Origin: Vulcanimicrobiota bacterium
Lineage (GTDB): Bacteria > Vulcanimicrobiota > Vulcanimicrobiia > Vulcanimicrobiales > Vulcanimicrobiaceae
Direction of reading: 5' to 3'
DNA length: 64,000 nucleotides
Assembly (NCBI GenBank): GCA_963795855.1
Contig: CAWCIZ010000001.1
Coordinates: 288,001 to 352,000 of the forward strand
Positions 61,516 through 64,000 of the stretch are shown piece by piece. The position numbers were made by a program, and so were the translations under genes. The stretch's first letter is position 1; each line of letters opens with the position of its first letter. Under the pieces are notes generated by a model that made no database searches, was not told the origin of the DNA, and was given only the letters and a program-made list of their open reading frames with translations.

Positions 61516-63286
61516 ATGGGCGGTACTTTCCCAAGCCTGGACCCAACAGCAACGCGTCCTATGGACTCGGGGGGTGCCGCCATATTTCAGCAAGCGGGCG
61601 CTGACAATCTCGTAGAGCCTTCCCAGCAACACCTTGCTCGTTTGCGCGCTTTGTGGGAGCTGTCGCTCGACCGGCAGAACCACGGGACGCAGATCGAAGG
61701 TTTACTGCAAGAGGCTCGCAGCGCATTGCAATGCGACTACGCGGAGCTTTGGAACGCGCGTTCCGAGCAGCGCGTCGCGTATGCAGGCTCTGACGCATCG
61801 CGCTCGCTCGGCGCGTTGGTAATCGCTGAGGACGTTCCGGCAGACGAACAAGCGATGTTCGTTTTGGAACCGGGTGAAGACGCGCAACTGCAAGCCACGC
61901 TGCGCAGGGCCGGGAAGTCGGCGCTTCTGGTTCGCCGGTTTGAAACGGGACGCGACCGCTACGCAATACTGTTTGCGTGGAGCGAGCGGCGTCCGCGCAC
62001 GCTGAGCCATGCCGAAGAGCAGTACCTCGATTTTCTACAGCACGTTGTCTCGCGCGTGTTGGTGCTTGCGGATAAGCATCGCGAACTTCACGATCGCATC
62101 TCGATCGATCCGCTCACCGGTTTGCAGAATCGCGCAGTCTACGCTCGATCGTATCGGTCATCTCGTTTCGTCCGCGCAGCGCACGCCCTCCGAATTCGCC
62201 GTGCTGTACGTCGATCTGAACGGGTTCAAACAGGTCAATGATTCCCACGGGCATGCCCTAGGCGATCAGGCGATTGCGGAAACGGCCGCGCGCATGCGGG
62301 CCGTGCTTCGCCGCCACGAAATGGCCGGACGGATCGGAGGCGACGAGTTTGCGGTGGTCGTGAAGTTCGACAGCCCCGCGGATTTGGAAGCGGTCGCGCA
62401 ACGCTTGATCGAAGCAATCGCCGAACCAATGACGTTCGGCGGCGTGCGCGTGCGTTTGAATGCCAGTATCGGCATCGCTACGTTTCCCGAGCATGCCGGT
62501 TCGGCGGACGAACTGCTGTCGCGCGCCGACAGCGCGATGTACGTTGCCAAGCGAGGCAACGGGCCGCACTACGCGTTCTACGACCCGCAAAACAAACCGC
62601 GCTTGCCGTCTGCGCCCCCGGTGCACGAAGCCGCGCCGCCGTTCGTGTTTTGCTTTCAGCCAATCGTGGATGCGCGAACGGGCCGCATCGTCGCGGCGGA
62701 AGCGCTCATTCGCTGGTTCGACCCTCTACGCGGGCTCGTGCTGCCGACGGCACTGAACGAGGGCGGCTCGATGCCTCGGCACATCGACCGCAGCGTCGTC
62801 GACACACTCACGCGCGGAGAATACGCGCAGACGCTGCGCGCGCTGCCCATTCACGTCAACGTGAGCGAAGCCGACGACGAATTGCTCGCCGCCTCGTCGG
62901 GCGACGCCGTCATCGCCTTGGAAATTCCGGAATCGCTCGTCGCAAACGAGGCCGATCGGTACGCGGAGTTCATCCGGAACGCGCGCAAGAGCGGCGTGCG
63001 TGTCGGGCTCTCGGATTTCGGCGGAGCCGGTCTGCCGCTGCGGTTTCTCGCCGATCTGCCCATCGACTTCGTGAAGATCGGGAAGATGTCCGCGGTCACG
63101 GCGCGCGCGGCAATCGCGCAAGCGCACCATTTCGGCTGGACCGTCATCGCCGAAAACGTGGAAGAGGAAACGCAGCGTGATTGGCTCGTAAGCGCGGGCG
63201 TCGACGCCGTGCAGGGCTACCAGATCTGCAGCCCGCTGACGCACCGCGATTTCACCAACTGGCTGCGCTATCGGATGCTGAAATAA
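61516..63286 (+). CDS. GAF + GGDEF + EAL protein (frameshift near 62140)
   Basis: DPLTGL.NR, DLNGFK.VND..GH..GD, intact GGDEF; FQPIV...AEALIRW, DFG.G, ENVE, QGY. Confidence 0.9.
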
Positions 63287-64000
63287 TGAGCGCACCTCGG
63301 CTCGCGCGGGATCGGCTCACCGCGCGGTTGCGCGCATCGGCTCGCTATGCAGCAACGGTCGTCTGCGCGCCCGAAGGGTTCGGAAAAACGACTGCGGTGC
63401 GCCAGTACGTGCAAACTCTCGATTGCGAAACGCTCGAACTCGCGCTGCTGCCCGAGCACGGCTCGCTCGCTGCATTCGCGCGCGCTCTCGCGCAGACGCT
63501 GGCGCCGGTCGCACCCGGTTTGGCGTCTTCGTACGCGCACGCGATCGAGTGCGCGCTGCAGTCCGACAAAGCGGAAGAAGAACTCGCGATCTGGTTCCTC
63601 GGGCATCTCGATCGGAAAACCGAGCGGCTCATCGTCGTGGACGATCTGCAGCATGCGAAAGGCGATCCGCGGATCGTTCGGCTCACGGAACGGCTGCTGC
63701 AAGGCGCGCGTCCCGGCTACCGCTGGGTCATCGCCGCGCGCGAACTTCCGGAGGCTCAGCGCTGGACCGCGAACGGCTTGTGCGCACCGGCGATCGACGA
63801 ACTCGAACTGCGCCTCACGCGCGAGGAAATGCGGCAAATCGCCGAGTCGATGGAAATCTCCGCCTCGCTCGCGGAGGCACTATACGGCATGAGCGACGGT
63901 TGGCCGCTGGCGTTCGGCCTCGGCGCGTCCATGCCGGAATGGATCGCGCGGTTGGAGCAGTTGAACCCGGCGAATGCACGCGGGTTGCTCGCCTTTTTGG
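63286..64000 (+). CDS. MalT-like STAND ATPase, 3'-partial (frameshift in Walker A region)
   Basis: Manual translation: R.RL..RL...VVCAP.G(F)GKTTAVRQY...LIVVDDLQH...VIAAR...L.LT.EE...DGWPLA. Confidence 0.7.
   Translation, partial: MSAPRLARDRLTARLRASARYAATVVCAPEGFGKTTAVRQYVQTLDCETLELALLPEHGSLAAFARALAQTLAPVAPGLASSYAHAIECALQSDKAEEELAIWFLGHLDRKTERLIVVDDLQHAKGDPRIVRLTERLLQGARPGYRWVIAARELPEAQRWTANGLCAPAIDELELRLTREEMRQIAESMEISASLAEALYGMSDGWPLAFGLGASMPEWIARLEQLNPANARGLLAFL

Overview
High-GC bacterial chromosomal window. The many Pro/Ser/Thr-rich lipoproteins and the STAND ATPase-TPR genes suggest Eremiobacterota/Vulcanimicrobiota, but this is inference only. It looks like an unpolished long-read assembly: single-base frameshifts are scattered throughout and are very dense at about 46-56 kb. 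Housekeeping content: thrS, ispH, hemE-hemH-hemY, panE-like, hisF, hisIE, recG, csaA, an M16 peptidase and six tRNAs (Val-GAC, Val-CAC, Asp-GTC, Phe-GAA, Gly-CCC, Cys-GCA). A stress-type cluster at about 13-36 kb holds orphan CheB and CheB-CheR, an SDR, an aldo/keto reductase, DUF2630, an S1 paralog with Gln/Pro repeats, NRAMP, a Zn-dehydrogenase, DedA, topoisomerase IB and DUF488. The most notable structure is at tRNA-Asp. Its 3' 49 bp is repeated directly twice more (37643, 38282), delimiting two small units (1222 and 639 bp) with no integrase. Each unit has a hairpin terminator followed by antisense ORFs whose start codons sit only 32-39 bp from the next repeat, which resembles a tRNA-anchored gene-cassette array. 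A decayed accessory region follows up to tRNA-Phe. Also seen: a leader-ORF/terminator/antiterminator element upstream of a 62-aa ORF, and a recurring GGG[T/A]A[C/T]-N9-start motif before several stress-type genes.
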